Source: Callorhinchus milii (taxonomy: Eukaryota). Taken from it: a stretch of 64,000 nt of DNA. Below the pieces are notes generated by a model that made no database searches, was not told the origin of the DNA, and saw only the letters and a list, made by a program, of their open reading frames with translations. The stretch is from positions 66,962,001 to 67,026,000 of the forward strand of contig NW_024704742.1 of the NCBI RefSeq assembly GCF_018977255.1, in the 5' to 3' direction. A program made the translations under genes and the position numbers. Below, one piece after another: positions 13,138-26,060 of the stretch (position 1 is the first letter of the stretch; every line of letters begins with the position of its first letter).

Positions 13138-14120
13138 GTCAGCTTGACTCATGGCTCTCACCTTGAAGTCTGCTGCAGGCCACCGAAACCCTCAAACAGT
13201 CTTCATTACATTGAGGCTCGACTATGCAAACTCACTGTTTGTCGGCCTTCCCACCGCCTCCCTCCACAGGCTGCAGATCATCCAGAATTCTGTAGCCCGT
13301 GTCCTCTTCCGCACCAGGCTCCGTGACCCTATCACCCCCATCCACACCTGACTCCACTGGCTTCCCATCAAGCAGAGGATACAGTTCATGATCCTGGTCC
13401 TCCCTTCAAAGCCTCCGACGATCTTGCTACCCCCTCCCCCTGCGATCTTCTAATCCCTACCACCCTATTTGCTCCCTTCGCTCAGTGGGCTCCAGCCTGC
13501 TTCACGTCCCCCGCTTTGCTCGCCCCACTATCGGCAAGTGGGCCTTCCTCCACTCTGCACCCACTCTCTGGAACTCCATCCCGCAGTCCCTCTATCTCAA
13601 CCCCTCCCTTGCGACCTTCAAGACCCACCTCAAGACCCTTCTCTTTGACTGTGCTTTCGATCTCCATGCTTCCCCTCCCTGCCCTTCACCTTCTCCCACC
13701 CCGACCACCAGCTCGGGTCCGTAACTCTGTCTGTCCAGCGCCTTGGGACGTCCTCCCGACGTGAAAGGCGACATATAAATGTAGTTTTGTTGTTGTTGAA
13801 GTCAGGAGGTTGTTGATTCAAAGCCCCAAGTCAGGATTTGAACTGATACTCCAATGTAGCACAAGGGGGATACATTGCATTGTTGGAGTTGTCATTTGTA
13901 TGTTCCCATTTGCCTTATTTTGGTGGACATTAAAGTTCCTAGGACCTAGCTTGAAAAGAGAAGGGAGTCCTGGTGAATAATAATCATGTTTGATAAAATT
14001 GGTCATTCTTTTACTGGATGTTTGAGGGACCTTGTTTTATGCCAAGAAAAACAAGTCACTACATTTGTCAATAATTATTGCAAGGTACTTAGACATCTTG
14101 GGGCTATAAAAATGCTAATT
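13138..14120 (+). mobile_element. Deu-domain SINE split by an L2 insertion
   Basis: Head remnant 13138-13170 resumes near 13800 (gtcaggaggttgttgattcaaagcccc...gtggacattaaag...gggagtcctggtg). Confidence 0.65.
13171..13795 (+). mobile_element. L2 LINE, 5'-truncated, with 8-bp TSD
   Basis: RLDYANSLFVGLP..LQIIQNS and LWNSIP; TSD ttgaagtc at 13163-13170 and 13796-13803. Confidence 0.95.
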
Positions 14121-14183
14121 CTTTATTTAAATATGCTCTGTAATTTGGAAGTAGGTTTGTTTTCCACTTCTGGCCATTTACAG

Positions 14184-14543
14184 GTGTTGTGTAGCATATT
14201 GGTTCGAACAAGCGAGAGAACCCGGGTTTGATTCCCGGGCGGGGCAAAACCTTAGGCACGTTTCCTTACTCCACACATATCTGTTTACCTAGTAGTAAGT
14301 AGGAACCTGATTGTTGATTAGCGGATCACTTTCTGGGGGTAATAATCCCTTTTTTAAAAAAATAATAAAAATAAATGTGGTTACCCAATCCATAATGGTG
14401 TGTGGGACACTGCTGTGCGCAATTGGCTGCTGCATTACATCCACAAAATATACAGTCAATTCACTTTACAGTATATTCTGTGAAGCGCTTTGAGACGTTT
14501 CAACGATGTGATAAGGCGCTATATCAAATGCAAGTTTTTTTTA
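14184..14543 (+). mobile_element. Near full-length tRNA-derived SINE, long form
   Basis: gggtttgattcccgggc B box, full body, and gtgataaggcgctatatcaaatgcaag tail. Confidence 0.93.
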
Positions 14544-15614
14544 TGAATGACCAGTACATATACAGCTTAGACTGTCCAAGTGAGGGAGTTTCTCTCCAAC
14601 CTCGGATTGCTGCTTTGTGGGAAGGCGATTGCCTTAACGTGATGAAAAGCTTGAGAAAGTTTCTGAAAGTGTTCGGTCCTATGCTTGCTCGTAAATCATG
14701 TTATGCATATCAAATAGATGTATTAGTATATTTGCCAAAGGTATATTAGATTTGAAATAAGCTGAATGCTTCCTTGGTGAAAGATTCCACCAATGTCATT
14801 TTTTTTTTATCTTAATGGCAATTAGTACTGCTACCTCTTCGACCATGCTTACAGGCACTGTCTCCTTCTCTGTGCTTCCTTATTCAGTGTCTGACGCTCG
14901 AGTCAACTTGGTAACGATAATAATAATCTTTGCATTTGATTGTAGTACATTGTTACATTGTTGAAATGCCTCAAAGTGCTTCACAGGATTTATTGTGAAG
15001 TGTAACTAAAATACTGTAGATAACCATAGAAATGTACAGCACCAAAGAAGGCCATTTGAGCTATCATGTCTGTGCTGGCTCTTTCAAAGACTAATCTTTT
15101 GTATTTGTAGGTGGGTTTTTTAGGCATAGTTTAAAGATTGATGGGGTTGGGGTGGAGAGAGACAGAAGGGTAGATGGAGTGAGTTTTAGAGATTAGATGT
15201 TTGGTGTCTGAAAGCAACCTTGTATATAGAAACCAGGTTTAATTATCTTAATTTATTAATGTTATTCATAATTGCTCAACTGCACACTTCAACTTTTTAA
15301 AGATTGTTTTGTTGTAATGGCAAAATCTGTTTTTCTAATTAATGTAATTTGTAAACTTAAATGAGGCCAAATTACCATAATGCATAAACAGATTCTAATG
15401 GGATTTAAAAAAAAATGCCTTTAAATTCTTTACAAACATGAATGAGGCTTAGTGTTTTTTGAACTTAGCACAAAAATGTGAAAAAAAATCAAAGATACAG
15501 CTACCCTTGTACTTAGTCACACAGACTATGTGTGAACTAACAAGCAAAATCGGCAGAATAACAAGGTAAAAGTACAATTGGTGTAACTATTCTGACCTTA
15601 GAACTTCAATATCA

Positions 15615-16330
15615 CAGGTAGCTCCCCCAATGGCTTTGTGGGTTATGGCAATGCCAGATGTAGCACTAACAAACACACAGAGCAGAAATGCATAAGTTTA
15701 ATTTCATATACAATATACACTTATTCACAAAATAGATGGGCACCTGACTCATCCACAAAATATACAGTCAATTCACTTTACAGTATATTCTGTGAAGCGC
15801 TTTGAGACGTCTCAAAAATGTGATAAGGTGCTATATCAAATGCAAGGATTATTGTTATTAAAGATGACCGAAAGTATCAAAGATGTACTTTTTCAGATAT
15901 CGAAAGAGGGGAGGGATAGTGTTGGAGTGACTCCTAGAATGTGCGGTAGGAAGGGTGGGGGACATGAAGCAGGTCTGTGCTCGTCTAGCAAAGAGAGTTT
16001 TACTGTGGTAGGAGTACTAAATTGGCCTTACCTATAGCTTGGTAACAGAAAAATAGGTTGGAAGCTCTCTCTTGATCGCTATCTAGTAACATAGCACATT
16101 AAGACTCGCCTACTACTTATTGTCCAGGTTCTCCTCAACAACAACAGCAACTTGCATTTATCATGCAGCGTAGCATCTCTTTTCACATGAAGAAGAGTCT
16201 GCCACTGATTGTCCAGACTCCTCACATTTGAAGGCTAACCACTTTTAGGTAATTTACCAAATTGCTCACACCCTTGAAACCACAGCCCAGCAAGAACAAG
16301 CATCTTCAGGGGAGGAAGAGAGAAAATTCG
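15615..16330 (+). mobile_element. LF-SINE-like relic interrupted by a SINE 3' part (15750-15860)
   Basis: ctcccccaatggct head, aattggcctt, tgatcgctatctagt, end tcaggggaggaagagagaaaatt; homologous to 28290-28590 and rc 56800-57010. Confidence 0.55.
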
Positions 16331-17474
16331 TCAAGCGTGAACTTACTGGTCAGATAGTTAATTGGTGCCAATCTACTTTTCTGAAATATGACACAAACAG
16401 TTTTTCAAAACCTGGATTGTAACTGCTTTAATGAATCAAAATAACACTCCCAAATTCCATTCCCACCATTGGCTGGGCTTCTGTGTCACCCCTGAAGCGT
16501 TTGCTTGCCTATTTATGAGCTTGCTGCAGCTGCATCTTGTCCTCATTAACCTTTTGAATACTGGATTTCCCCAGAGGCTGGAATGAATGACATTATGTCT
16601 AATTATGATATTGTAGAGGGGGATTTTTGTTTATGAAATAAGTTGACACAAATAATGTTACTTTGAATGCAATAAAAAAACACACAGGAAAAGCGAACTG
16701 GTTGTTTTCTAAATGGAATCATTTTGCACCACTTCTGGGAGAACCTTTCACAGAGAAATATTGGAAGGAAAGAGCTGAGATCAATTTTCTGATATGGGGA
16801 GGGAGAAAGAGAGAAGTTATGCAAATCAAAGTTTTTTTAAAAAAAAGTAAGAAAATATAGAGTCAGAAAGGTAAGGGGCAAAGAAAGAAAACTAGCAAGA
16901 CAATCCTGCCCCTCCGATTTCTCCCACCACTGTGGTAGTTTTTCAAATTTTTCAGAATGCTTTATTTTGGCCCCTGAAGTCCAATTGTGGTCTTCTTAAA
17001 AGTGGGAGGGGGGAAAAAATGGTCTTTATGGGGAAAAAGTGCTTGGTAGCATATTTTATTTGGAGAAGAGCCAGACTAACTTTCATCAAAATGTTTTCAC
17101 CCAGAAAGTGATGTGTTTTATGTAATCTCTGCCATCACATTGCATGTTTGGAAACATATAAAAATTGACACTTTTTGACAAATATGATGCCCCTTTAAGT
17201 TTACTGTTTCTACACGATAAACATCTTTCAGAGTTTGTTGAGCCAAAGAGCATTCTAGTTTACAGTGCTCTGGGATGCTACTGTGCATGAAGAGTGCTAT
17301 ATAAATGCAAGTTGTTATTGTTTGTTGTAGTTCCCATAAAAATGTTGAGTCTCATGCACTGTGTACAGTTCATTTGACTTTTTTAACTGCAGGTTTTCTT
17401 ATTGTGAAAGTTTGGACTGATGGTTGAAGAATCCTATCCTGTAAATGCACACATCAGCGTTTGCAAAATACACG

Positions 17475-17595
17475 TTTTGCCCACAAAGTATGCAGTCAAT
17501 TCACTTTACAGTATATACTGCGTAGTGCATTGAGATGTATTGAAGACGTGATAAGGAGCTATATCAAATGCAAGGATGATTATTATTATTACTTT
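17475..17595 (+). mobile_element. SINE 3' part
   Basis: gcccacaaa...cagtcaattcactttacagt...aaatgcaaggatgattattatt. Confidence 0.88.
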
Positions 17596-18216
17596 GTTTT
17601 TTTTATTTTTATAATTCATGATAGGCAAAATAGGTCGGTGGAGGGGAGCTATTAAATGTTTTGACCCGAAAAGTGAGACAATGCTGGGTTCCTGATGTCA
17701 TTTTTGAACGTTTAAACCTCTACTCTTGAGGCGGAGAGGAGAACGTTTAAAAACTAGTGGAATCCAGTTTTTTTAACAAAAAATTATATTATAGTGTGAA
17801 CAAAATAATTGGAACTGCTGATGTGCGGCAATGTGTTGACATAAAAGATCAGCTTAGGACTGTTGGGCAGGAAGGATATCCAGTTAACTATTGAAAGTGA
17901 TTTGCGGATGATGGGCACTGGGTGGGTGGGTGAGTGAGTGGGTGGGTGAGTGAGTGGCAGCATCACACCTAGTGCAGAAAAAAAGGGGTTAATGTTTGGC
18001 AACACTGTGCTTTGTCTGCTCGCAGCCCACTGTTTGACAGCAGCCTTTGTACGGCTGGAATAATAAGGTCCAGCCCGTCATTTCCCCCCTCGCCCACCCC
18101 CTCCCCTAATGCAGGCATTATTGTCCAACATTGTATAGTACTCGCCATCTCGGAGGGGTTTTGTTCCCTTTTATTTGAGCTGCCCCTCACCCCCAGTGCC
18201 CATGTATTGCAGTGCA

Positions 18217-18241
18217 GTGTGTGTGTGTGTGTGTGTGTGTG
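18217..18241. repeat. (TG)n microsatellite
   Basis: Direct reading. Confidence 0.95.
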
Positions 18242-18610
18242 AGAGCCAGCAGTTGTCTGGCTGAGTAATGAGCTATGATACGGTTGGCCACAGTCCAGTA
18301 ACAGCTGCTCCTCATTGGGCTGTTTCAAGCAATCGGATACACTGATTGGTTTCGTGCCCCTTTTTTTTTGCTGCATATTTTTTTTAACCCCAAAGCTCCG
18401 AAAGCGTAATCGCACGAGAAGCCCAAGGTGGGATGCAAGGTTTGTTGCTTTTCTATCCTTTCTGGTGCACCGGCGAGTCCTGCTGCAGCTAAACAGGAGG
18501 GGAGTGAGGAGCTGCCGCATTCTTGTAGGTTTACCCCAAAAAATATGCATAGCCCCCACCACCCTCCCTGCAGCTCCCCCTCGGTGGGTTGAGGGCGGGC
18601 GGGTTATTTT
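18240..18610 (+). promoter_or_regulatory. Candidate promoter: tandem CCAAT boxes, GC box, local CpG enrichment
   Basis: ATTGG at 18314 and 18344 (30 bp apart), GGGCGGG at 18593, raised GC/CpG, no TEs nearby; strand inferred from downstream donor sites. Confidence 0.55.
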
Positions 18611-18888
18611 ATTCTTTGCGAAGCTTGGGTGGGGTTGCCACAGGATCGCTTGGGTTTTGTGCTGTGCATGCAATAAGGGGATGAAGGGGTTGGCTTGTAT
18701 ATTTAATAAGCACAGGCCGCCAGCAAAACCTGGTGCGCAATTTTCTCTCTCTCTCTCTCTCTCTAAATTGTGGGGTGGATATTGGATCTGCAAGTTCAAG
18801 TTCATCAGCATGTTCCAGCAGCACCTCGATACTGGTTGCACGGTGAAGAGCATTTGGCCTCATTGCGCCTGGATGTGATCTGTTTGGG

Positions 18889-18899
18889 ATGGATGTGGT
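18889..18899 (+). CDS. Candidate coding end of a first exon (M-D-V plus 2 nt)
   Basis: gggATGG in good Kozak context, followed by gtgagt donor at 18900; product unidentified. Confidence 0.3.
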
Positions 18900-21089
18900 G
18901 TGAGTGAGTGAGTTGAGTGAGTGTTGTGTGCAGTGGTTTGGGAGATTGCTTCACTGTATCTAACTTGGGTCGAGTTTGATACACTACAAAGGCTATTGTT
19001 TGCTAGAAGTTTACACTGAGATGTTTTTTCCCAGTTAAATCCCAGTTAAAGCAAGTTGAGAGGCTACTGGGTTATACCTAAACCACTGTAATGTTTTGGC
19101 ACTGCGATTCCCTGGGCTGGAGTGCAACTTTGTTCTTTAACGAAAAAAAAGTTAATGTGTCCAAAAATAATTGGAGCGCTGTATGCATTAAAAATTCTGA
19201 TTTATATGGACCATAAAGCCAAGATGCTGATTAAAATGTTTTAAAGTAGAACTCTTAGGTTATTTTTTTTAAAAAGGCTATTTTCTATAGCTTGTAAGAC
19301 CATATTAGCTATAAAGCTGAATTTTATATCAATGCATTAAATTGTCTGAAATGGCGATGTTAAATGGCCTGTATAATCAAGCAGGGGATTCCCATTTACT
19401 AGATATTAGCAAAGTTTCAATAAGACATTTTATATTTTAAAAAATTCCCCAGTTCTGTAGTGACAGCTGAGAAGCTGTTCTTTGTTCTGAAACTGTTAAA
19501 TACCAGAGTACATTTAGGACTTGCTGTGTGTTTAGACTGGAGAATGGAAGGGAAATGTAAAAAAAAATTTTGCTTTTTATTTCTGCAGTGTGTAAATCTA
19601 CATATGATGTTTCGGTTACAGTGCTAGGTATAGTCCTGTCCTTTCCTAGCATTTTGAGAAATAAAACCTGTTTAGTTTAAAGTGCGCAATGATGTCTCAC
19701 CCCTGTGTTTTGCTCTGAAAATCCCTTATGCAATACAAGGGCATCGCTGCTGTTCAAAGCAAGTTCTGCTGATTCTGCCTATTGTCCTGTCATTAAGCGA
19801 TTCTCCTATTCAGCACAGTATCGAGTTTACTCTGAACTAAACCGCCCTTTTTTTTTAATTAATTTTTTTTAGTAAAAATGCCTGTTTGTAATCAGGACTG
19901 ATGCTGTCTTGCTGCATTTTCTTCACAAAAATGTCTTAGTGATGCCATCTCAGTGCAATTCTTTGGATGTGTTTTTTTGTAACACTTATTCAGTTGTGAA
20001 TATAGTAGCCTAGTTTTAGGGCTGTTGAATTGAACTTGATGGTGCAGATTTTTTTTGGATGCTTGTGGCAGAAAGGAAATGAAACTGTTTATATAATGTC
20101 TCTGAGTACCTTTCCAGTTAGGCCGCAAAAAACTTAGGCCTTCATTTCAACTTTCGAGACATATACACTTTAACTTCCAGTCGAAAACCCCTTTTTTTTT
20201 CAAAACCAATTCCTCATATGAGCGGAAATATGAAAATGTACAGAAAATTTGTGAAAACATTTGCTTTGTGAATGTGTTTGGGTGAATGTCCACCCTTTCT
20301 TGAACGTATAAAATTACAGAGGTTTGGAATGAATGATATTTATAGGGTGTGGTTGCACCCAAAGTACTGTTTACCTAGCACCAAAGTTACACTTTTAACT
20401 GCTAAATGTATTTGGTATGGTGACTGCACTGATTGCACTATTTAAAGATATTGGGTGGAAGATAAATTCCTGCCACCTCAGCTCAGGTTTGGAGATGTTA
20501 CTTTTTTTTCTTTATAAGCTGCTTCAGGATATATATGCATTTCCAGATAAAAGACGGGCATAGAAAGAGTAAACCAGATAAAGAATTGTGCTTTATGTGG
20601 AAACTTGTACAAATGGTCAGCAAATCTTCTTTTTGTATTACCAAGGTTACAGAATTTAAAGGAACTCCCAAATTTTATTTTTNCTGTGGTCCATTTACAC
20701 ACTCTGCTCCACAACCCAGCACGGTGGTGATTAGAAAGATCAGTGAATGTTTTCAGATGCAAATTGTAAAACTCGTTTCAGGTTTTTACTGTGGATTTGT
20801 TTTTTTNAAATAAAAAAATGCAACAACTCAGAAATAATAAACAGAATGAGCAGGAATTAGAGCAAGTGGTTGATAAAGTTCGGATAGATACTGTAGCTGT
20901 GTTGAGAAAACAATTTCAGATTTCAAGTGAATAATGTAAATGTTGCTTTTGTTATAACTGGCTTGTGACTTGATGCTAAATATCAGCAATGACTGGCATG
21001 TCCCAGATCATTTTGTGAGATCTTCTCTGAAATACAAGCCAACATCTGATACCTTTACAATGGTTGTTATTATTTATTATTGATGATAA

Positions 21090-21210
21090 TAATAGTATCA
21101 ATAATAATTAATGAATCCTTGCATTTGATTTAAAGCCTTTCACATTGTGAGGATATCTCAAAGCCCTTCACTGGATTTACTGTAAAGTGCAGTGACTTTA
21201 TATTTTGTAA
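21090..21210 (-). mobile_element. Old SINE tail fragment
   Basis: aatccttgcatttgatttaaagcctttcac...tactgtaaagtgcagtgact. Confidence 0.8.
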
Positions 21211-22702
21211 GCAAACATTACATTATAGGTGATGTTTGGTTGTCAATAAGGCAACCTACAAGGTTACCAGCTCCTCATTTTTCCTCTAATCTTCTAAAGG
21301 CTTCAGTGTGTGCTGAAACTCAAACAGGAGAACAAGGGGAAAGGAAAGACTGGAGGAAAAGAGGCAGAAAATTATTTTTTGCAGCTGAAGAATTTTGCAT
21401 GCTGGAAGCGAGAGAAACCTTCTGTATTGCAATAGTTTATTGTGATGTTTAATTTATGGTACAATCTGAAGAGGAAAATGCCAAGATCTTGCACTTTGGT
21501 TAGCTACAGATTAACTTTACGATTTGTTTTTCTGTGTCGATTTTGTTAAGTGCCTCTTTAAGGGAAAATTAACAATGTGCAGTGTGGCTGCAGCCTTTTT
21601 GCTTGTAATGTTCTGTGATGAATCAATTCAAGGTTTTTAAACTAATAATGAGGGATTTCTTTTCTGTGAAATCTGTAAATTGAGTGATTGGGAAGTTGAG
21701 ATGTTTTAAAATTAGAATCCGCTGAGTTTGAATAATATTCTGTGCATTGCTCCCAACATTGAAGGCCATATGGGTGGATGACATTTTGTTCTCTATATGA
21801 ATTATGGACAGATGTATGGTTGTGGTTGGCATTGAAGGGTTGTAGTCTGCAGCAAACCACCAGTTTTTGAGCTTGTGATATTGACAGAATGTCCGTCTGT
21901 TCTAGTGAACACTTCTTCATTCGGGTCATTGTTTCTGCATTTAATCACTCGGTTTATTTAGTTTTTGTAATGAAGGATGATATTTTCATTGAGTCAGTCA
22001 ACTGACTTGACACAATTTTGTTTGTTTTGTAAAATAATGGTTTGAGAACCAAGTTTCAACCAAAACAGAGCTCTGAGAGCCAGAGCTCCGAGAACTGGAA
22101 CCTTTGCGTCTTTCTATGAGTACAGTAGCAGGAAATGAACTTAAACTGGTTTAACATATTGTATGCAAATACTTACGGATGTGGTTTAAGTGCACGGTTC
22201 AAATTACTTTTAAGCACAGGATACAGACTGCTGTCATTTTTGTCTGGTGCTGTGTTCACTGTTTTGTTTCACAGTTCTACACTAACCTTCATGTTGCACT
22301 GTGCTGGAAATGATTTGCACATTCAAATATTTTATTAATTTTCCCTTTAGTTTTACTGCTTGGCATCAACTCATTTCGGCTCCATTTTACTAATTCAGCG
22401 ATTTCCTATTGAGTTGGGTTTTCTACCTGGAAGCTTTTTATGCTCAGCACATTGCACCAACAATAAAGCCACAGTATCTTTTTGTTGGTTTTTAAAGCTA
22501 TATACAGTATTAATTAATTTTAAAAAAAGCTTTAAACAGAAAAAACTATTTTATTGGTGCCTTTGCTGATGCTCAGATGACTGACTGTAACTGCTTTCAG
22601 TTGAAATACAAAAGCCTCTTGTTTTCTAATTAAATGGCTGGGGGGAACTCAGAAATGTTTTGTGTTAATTTTTTTTGTTGTTACGGCCATGCTGATAAGA
22701 AG

Positions 22703-22749
22703 ATGTGGATAGGACTGGAAAACAAATTGCCGAGTGATATTGAGAAGAT
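22703..22749 (+). CDS. Candidate alternative first coding exon (MWIGLENKLPSDIEK plus 2 nt)
   Basis: Open frame from ATG to gtaagg donor at 22750; same phase as the 18889-18899 candidate. Confidence 0.2.
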
Positions 22750-24589
22750 GTAAGGAGAGCCCCAGTGGTCGAAAGCAAGTTGTGGGCTTCTTGACATTGC
22801 TGAAATGGTTTGTTTTTTTGGCGTCTCAGCACATTCAAGTTGGCAATCTTATTTACACAACATATTTTAATGCAGCTGCAATTTAGTATTTAAAAAAANT
22901 TGTCCAGAAACGGCAATGATTCCCCAGTTATCTAGGGTCTTGTGAAATCAGCCTTTTTGTCAATTTTGACCCAAATGCAAGTACAATGCATCTGTAACCT
23001 GCAGCTATTTTTATGTATTCAGCACCAGAATGTGCTAAATTGTTACCTCAGGATGAACTGTTTAACCTTGTAAAACAAGTACTGTGTTAGCAGAATTGTG
23101 GTACAAAAGAAGTAGGCAAGCAACCATTTTATTTTCATAACAATACTGTTAAGTTGGATAAGGTTTAGTTGTTCTCCAATTTTGCTATCTTTGGCCAACT
23201 TTTTTTTAGATAAATAAACTGGCATTGAAAGATGGTATTTGCAAGTATTCAAATACTGTGGTCAATAAATGAGTGTCATCAGTGCATACCATAACAGCAA
23301 TCTGTATTGGATATTGTAGTATTTGAATTCCCATTCGAACGTAAATGATTTCTTGGTTCAGTAGCAATCAAATGAAAGCGATCAAATGGCAAATGATGTG
23401 CCTTTGTTTAGTCCTAGGGTACTACTGTAGTTGTTCCACACATTGGATGTTCTGCAGCCTTTAGCTTTATTGGGTATTCTGGTTGCTGTCACTTCACATA
23501 ATGTAGCAGCCAAGAACGAGCGGAAGGCCCAAACAGTTGAAGTTTGCCTTACAAATGCACAAACCTCCATTTGTGGGCAATGAAACAGTGCTTGACATTG
23601 CAGAAAAAACAAAACGTAACTAATAGCTGCAAGAATACCGATGTACTGTTGCGTGTCTCGCCCACGTACATGTTTGGCTCCCAATGTGTGGATCCACGTA
23701 AGGGCTCACAGGTTTGTTTTTCTCTCTTGACTTGTTTAGAGACTCAGTCAGCCCTGCTGTGTATAGTGTCAGATTTTATAATGGATTCAGAAGACTTGCT
23801 CTTGGTTCATTTGCAGTGATATGAGAGGCGAAAGTGAATCTTCTTGAAAGACAAAACGCATTTGAATGAACTAATAGCATTTGTGTCAGTTTGCTCGGGA
23901 TGGGGGAGGATATAGAAACAAGCAGCTTCAGAAGCTACTTGACTAATAATAAGAGTTCTGTGTTCCCAAAATACAATGTTTACTTCCCCTCCCCTGAACG
24001 TTGAACGTTACAAATTGGTTCCTTTTTGTAATCGGACAACTGGATGGGTTTAAAATAAATGATGCCTCAAAACGAAATTCTTGGGGGATTTTTCTGCATT
24101 CTATGATTAGAAGCAATTTTATTTGTACAGATGGTTGTTACAAAATGGCTGTTGATGCTGTGCCCATTTAGGAGGGAATTGGGAAAAATAATTTCAAAGG
24201 TTATGGGGGGAGGGGAAAGAGGAGAAGGCAAGGGAATGGGATTAGTGTGGAGAGCTCCATTGGGGACCCAGCATCAGCACAGATACAAATGGGCAAATGG
24301 CTTCCTTCTGTGCTGTAAGCATTCTGTTCTGCTGCCCACAATCTGCTCTCAATCCCAGAGCAGCATCTTTGCAATCATTTATTATTGCAAGAGTTTGGTG
24401 GTCTTTGGCATATATTATGACCCACTTTGGAGGAGAATGAAAGTGGGTTATTTATCAGAACCATTTTTATTTATCCACATAGTAGATGTATTCTAACTAT
24501 CGTGTCATGATGAGAATAGAAATTGAGGATTACCACTGGAAAAAAACAAAAGATTTTTTTAAAATTTAGAACAAATGTAGACTGTTTGT

Positions 24590-24795
24590 TGTCACACATG
24601 GAGGGTTAGCATGAGGAGTGTTTCAATGGAAATGGACTGAAGAAGCTGACATATGACAACATTTGAAAAGGAATTTGAGAAATACCTGAAGAAAAATATT
24701 CAATGATTCGGGGCATGAGCGGGGAAATAAAAGTAGGAACGATTGCTTAATTTGTTGACCAGCACACACACGATGAGCCAACTGTCACCTGTACT
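24590..24795 (+). mobile_element. CR1 3' fragment
   Basis: cacacatggagggttag...catttgaaaaggaatttgagaaatacctgaag, typical of a CR1 ORF2 end and UTR. Confidence 0.6.
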
Positions 24796-25145
24796 GTAGA
24801 GTCCTGTAGTGTATTCGTTAGAGCACTCGCTTCGCAAGCGAGAGGACCTGGGTTTGATTGCGGGGCGAAACCTCAGGCGAGTTTCCTTACTGTTTACTGA
24901 ACAGTAAGTAGGAAAGTAGGTTGTTAGTCGATTGGCGGATTGTTTTTCTGGTGGGAATAATCCCTTAAAAGAATTTTTTTTTGAACATTATTTGTTCACA
25001 CAATTCATGACTGCTTGCACAATTGGCTCCCACATTTTGCCCACAAAATATACAGTCAATTCACTTTACAGTATATGCTGTGAAGCGCTTTGAGACGTCT
25101 TGGAGATGTGATGAGGCGCTGTATCAAATGCAAGGATGATTATTA
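24796..25145 (+). mobile_element. Full-length tRNA-derived SINE, long form
   Basis: gtagagtcctgtagtgtattcgttagagcactcgc head through aaatgcaaggatgattatt tail. Confidence 0.95.
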
Positions 25146-25794
25146 CTGTAAATGTTTCTATGATTTCTTGCTTTATATAATTTTTTTTTAAAAAATTGCT
25201 GCAGAATCTGAGCTTATTTTAACCAAGCTTTTTGTCTCTCTGCCTATGAAAACAAGTACGATTTCACCAGCAACTTGCACTTCTGGGGCTTTCACATTGA
25301 GTGAATGTCAAGGAAGTGCCTTAAAAAATGATGGGAACGGAAGTTAGAACTGAGGATGTTGACCAAAAAAAGCACAGTCTATTTTTGTTTTAAAAAGGAC
25401 CGTCAAAATGTAAGTTGACTATTTCTCTTGAAAAGTGAGTAAATTTGGCCAGGCTTTCATTGTAACTTGAGCTGTGGACTGAATTCTGTAATGAGTAGAT
25501 CTTGTAATGAGATTCCGAGAATGAGGTTATAAACCTGATACTTTCCAACCCAACCCAGCAGGTGCTTTTTTTCCCCTTCTGTTCTGCAAAGTTTCTTTGC
25601 CTAAACAAACTTATTCTTTGAGTTTCCTTTTTTGAAATCTGACCTGTATTTTGTTGCCCATGTAGATTTGGGTTGACTATCCTATAATTTAAAAGTACAG
25701 AGGAATTTATTGCCTTTTTATGTTTGTTACAGTTGTTGCTCTGTTCCGTGGACGTGATTTTTTTTTAAACTGAATAATTTCCACTGATGATGAC

Positions 25795-26030
25795 AATAAT
25801 AGCAACAAATTACGTTTATATAGCGCTTTGCACGTTGAGAGATGTCCACGGCGCTGGGCAGTCGAGGATTTGCACCCAAGGTGGGGGTTGGGATTAGGAG
25901 GTGTAGAAGGCGATGGGGGTGGGTGGGTGACCAAAAAGGAGGGTCGTGAAGGAGATGAGGGAGGGGCAAGCCAAAGGGACTGTGGGATGGAGTTCCAAAG
26001 AGTGGGGCCAGAGAGGCTGAAGGCCGATTT
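25795..26030 (-). mobile_element. L2 3' fragment
   Basis: Tail plus gggatggagttccaaag...gctgaaggccga. Confidence 0.88.
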
Positions 26031-26060
26031 AGTGTAAAGTGGTTGTGTATTTTTGTAGGT

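Noticed and set aside
17969..18878. Long overlapping ORFs (294 aa on minus, 187 aa on plus)
   Set aside because: They run through (TG)n, (TC)n and poly-T tracts, show no recognisable domain, and fit GC-rich promoter/UTR sequence better
20682..22899. Isolated N bases at 20682, 20807 and 22899
   Set aside because: Base-calling ambiguities next to homopolymers, not biology
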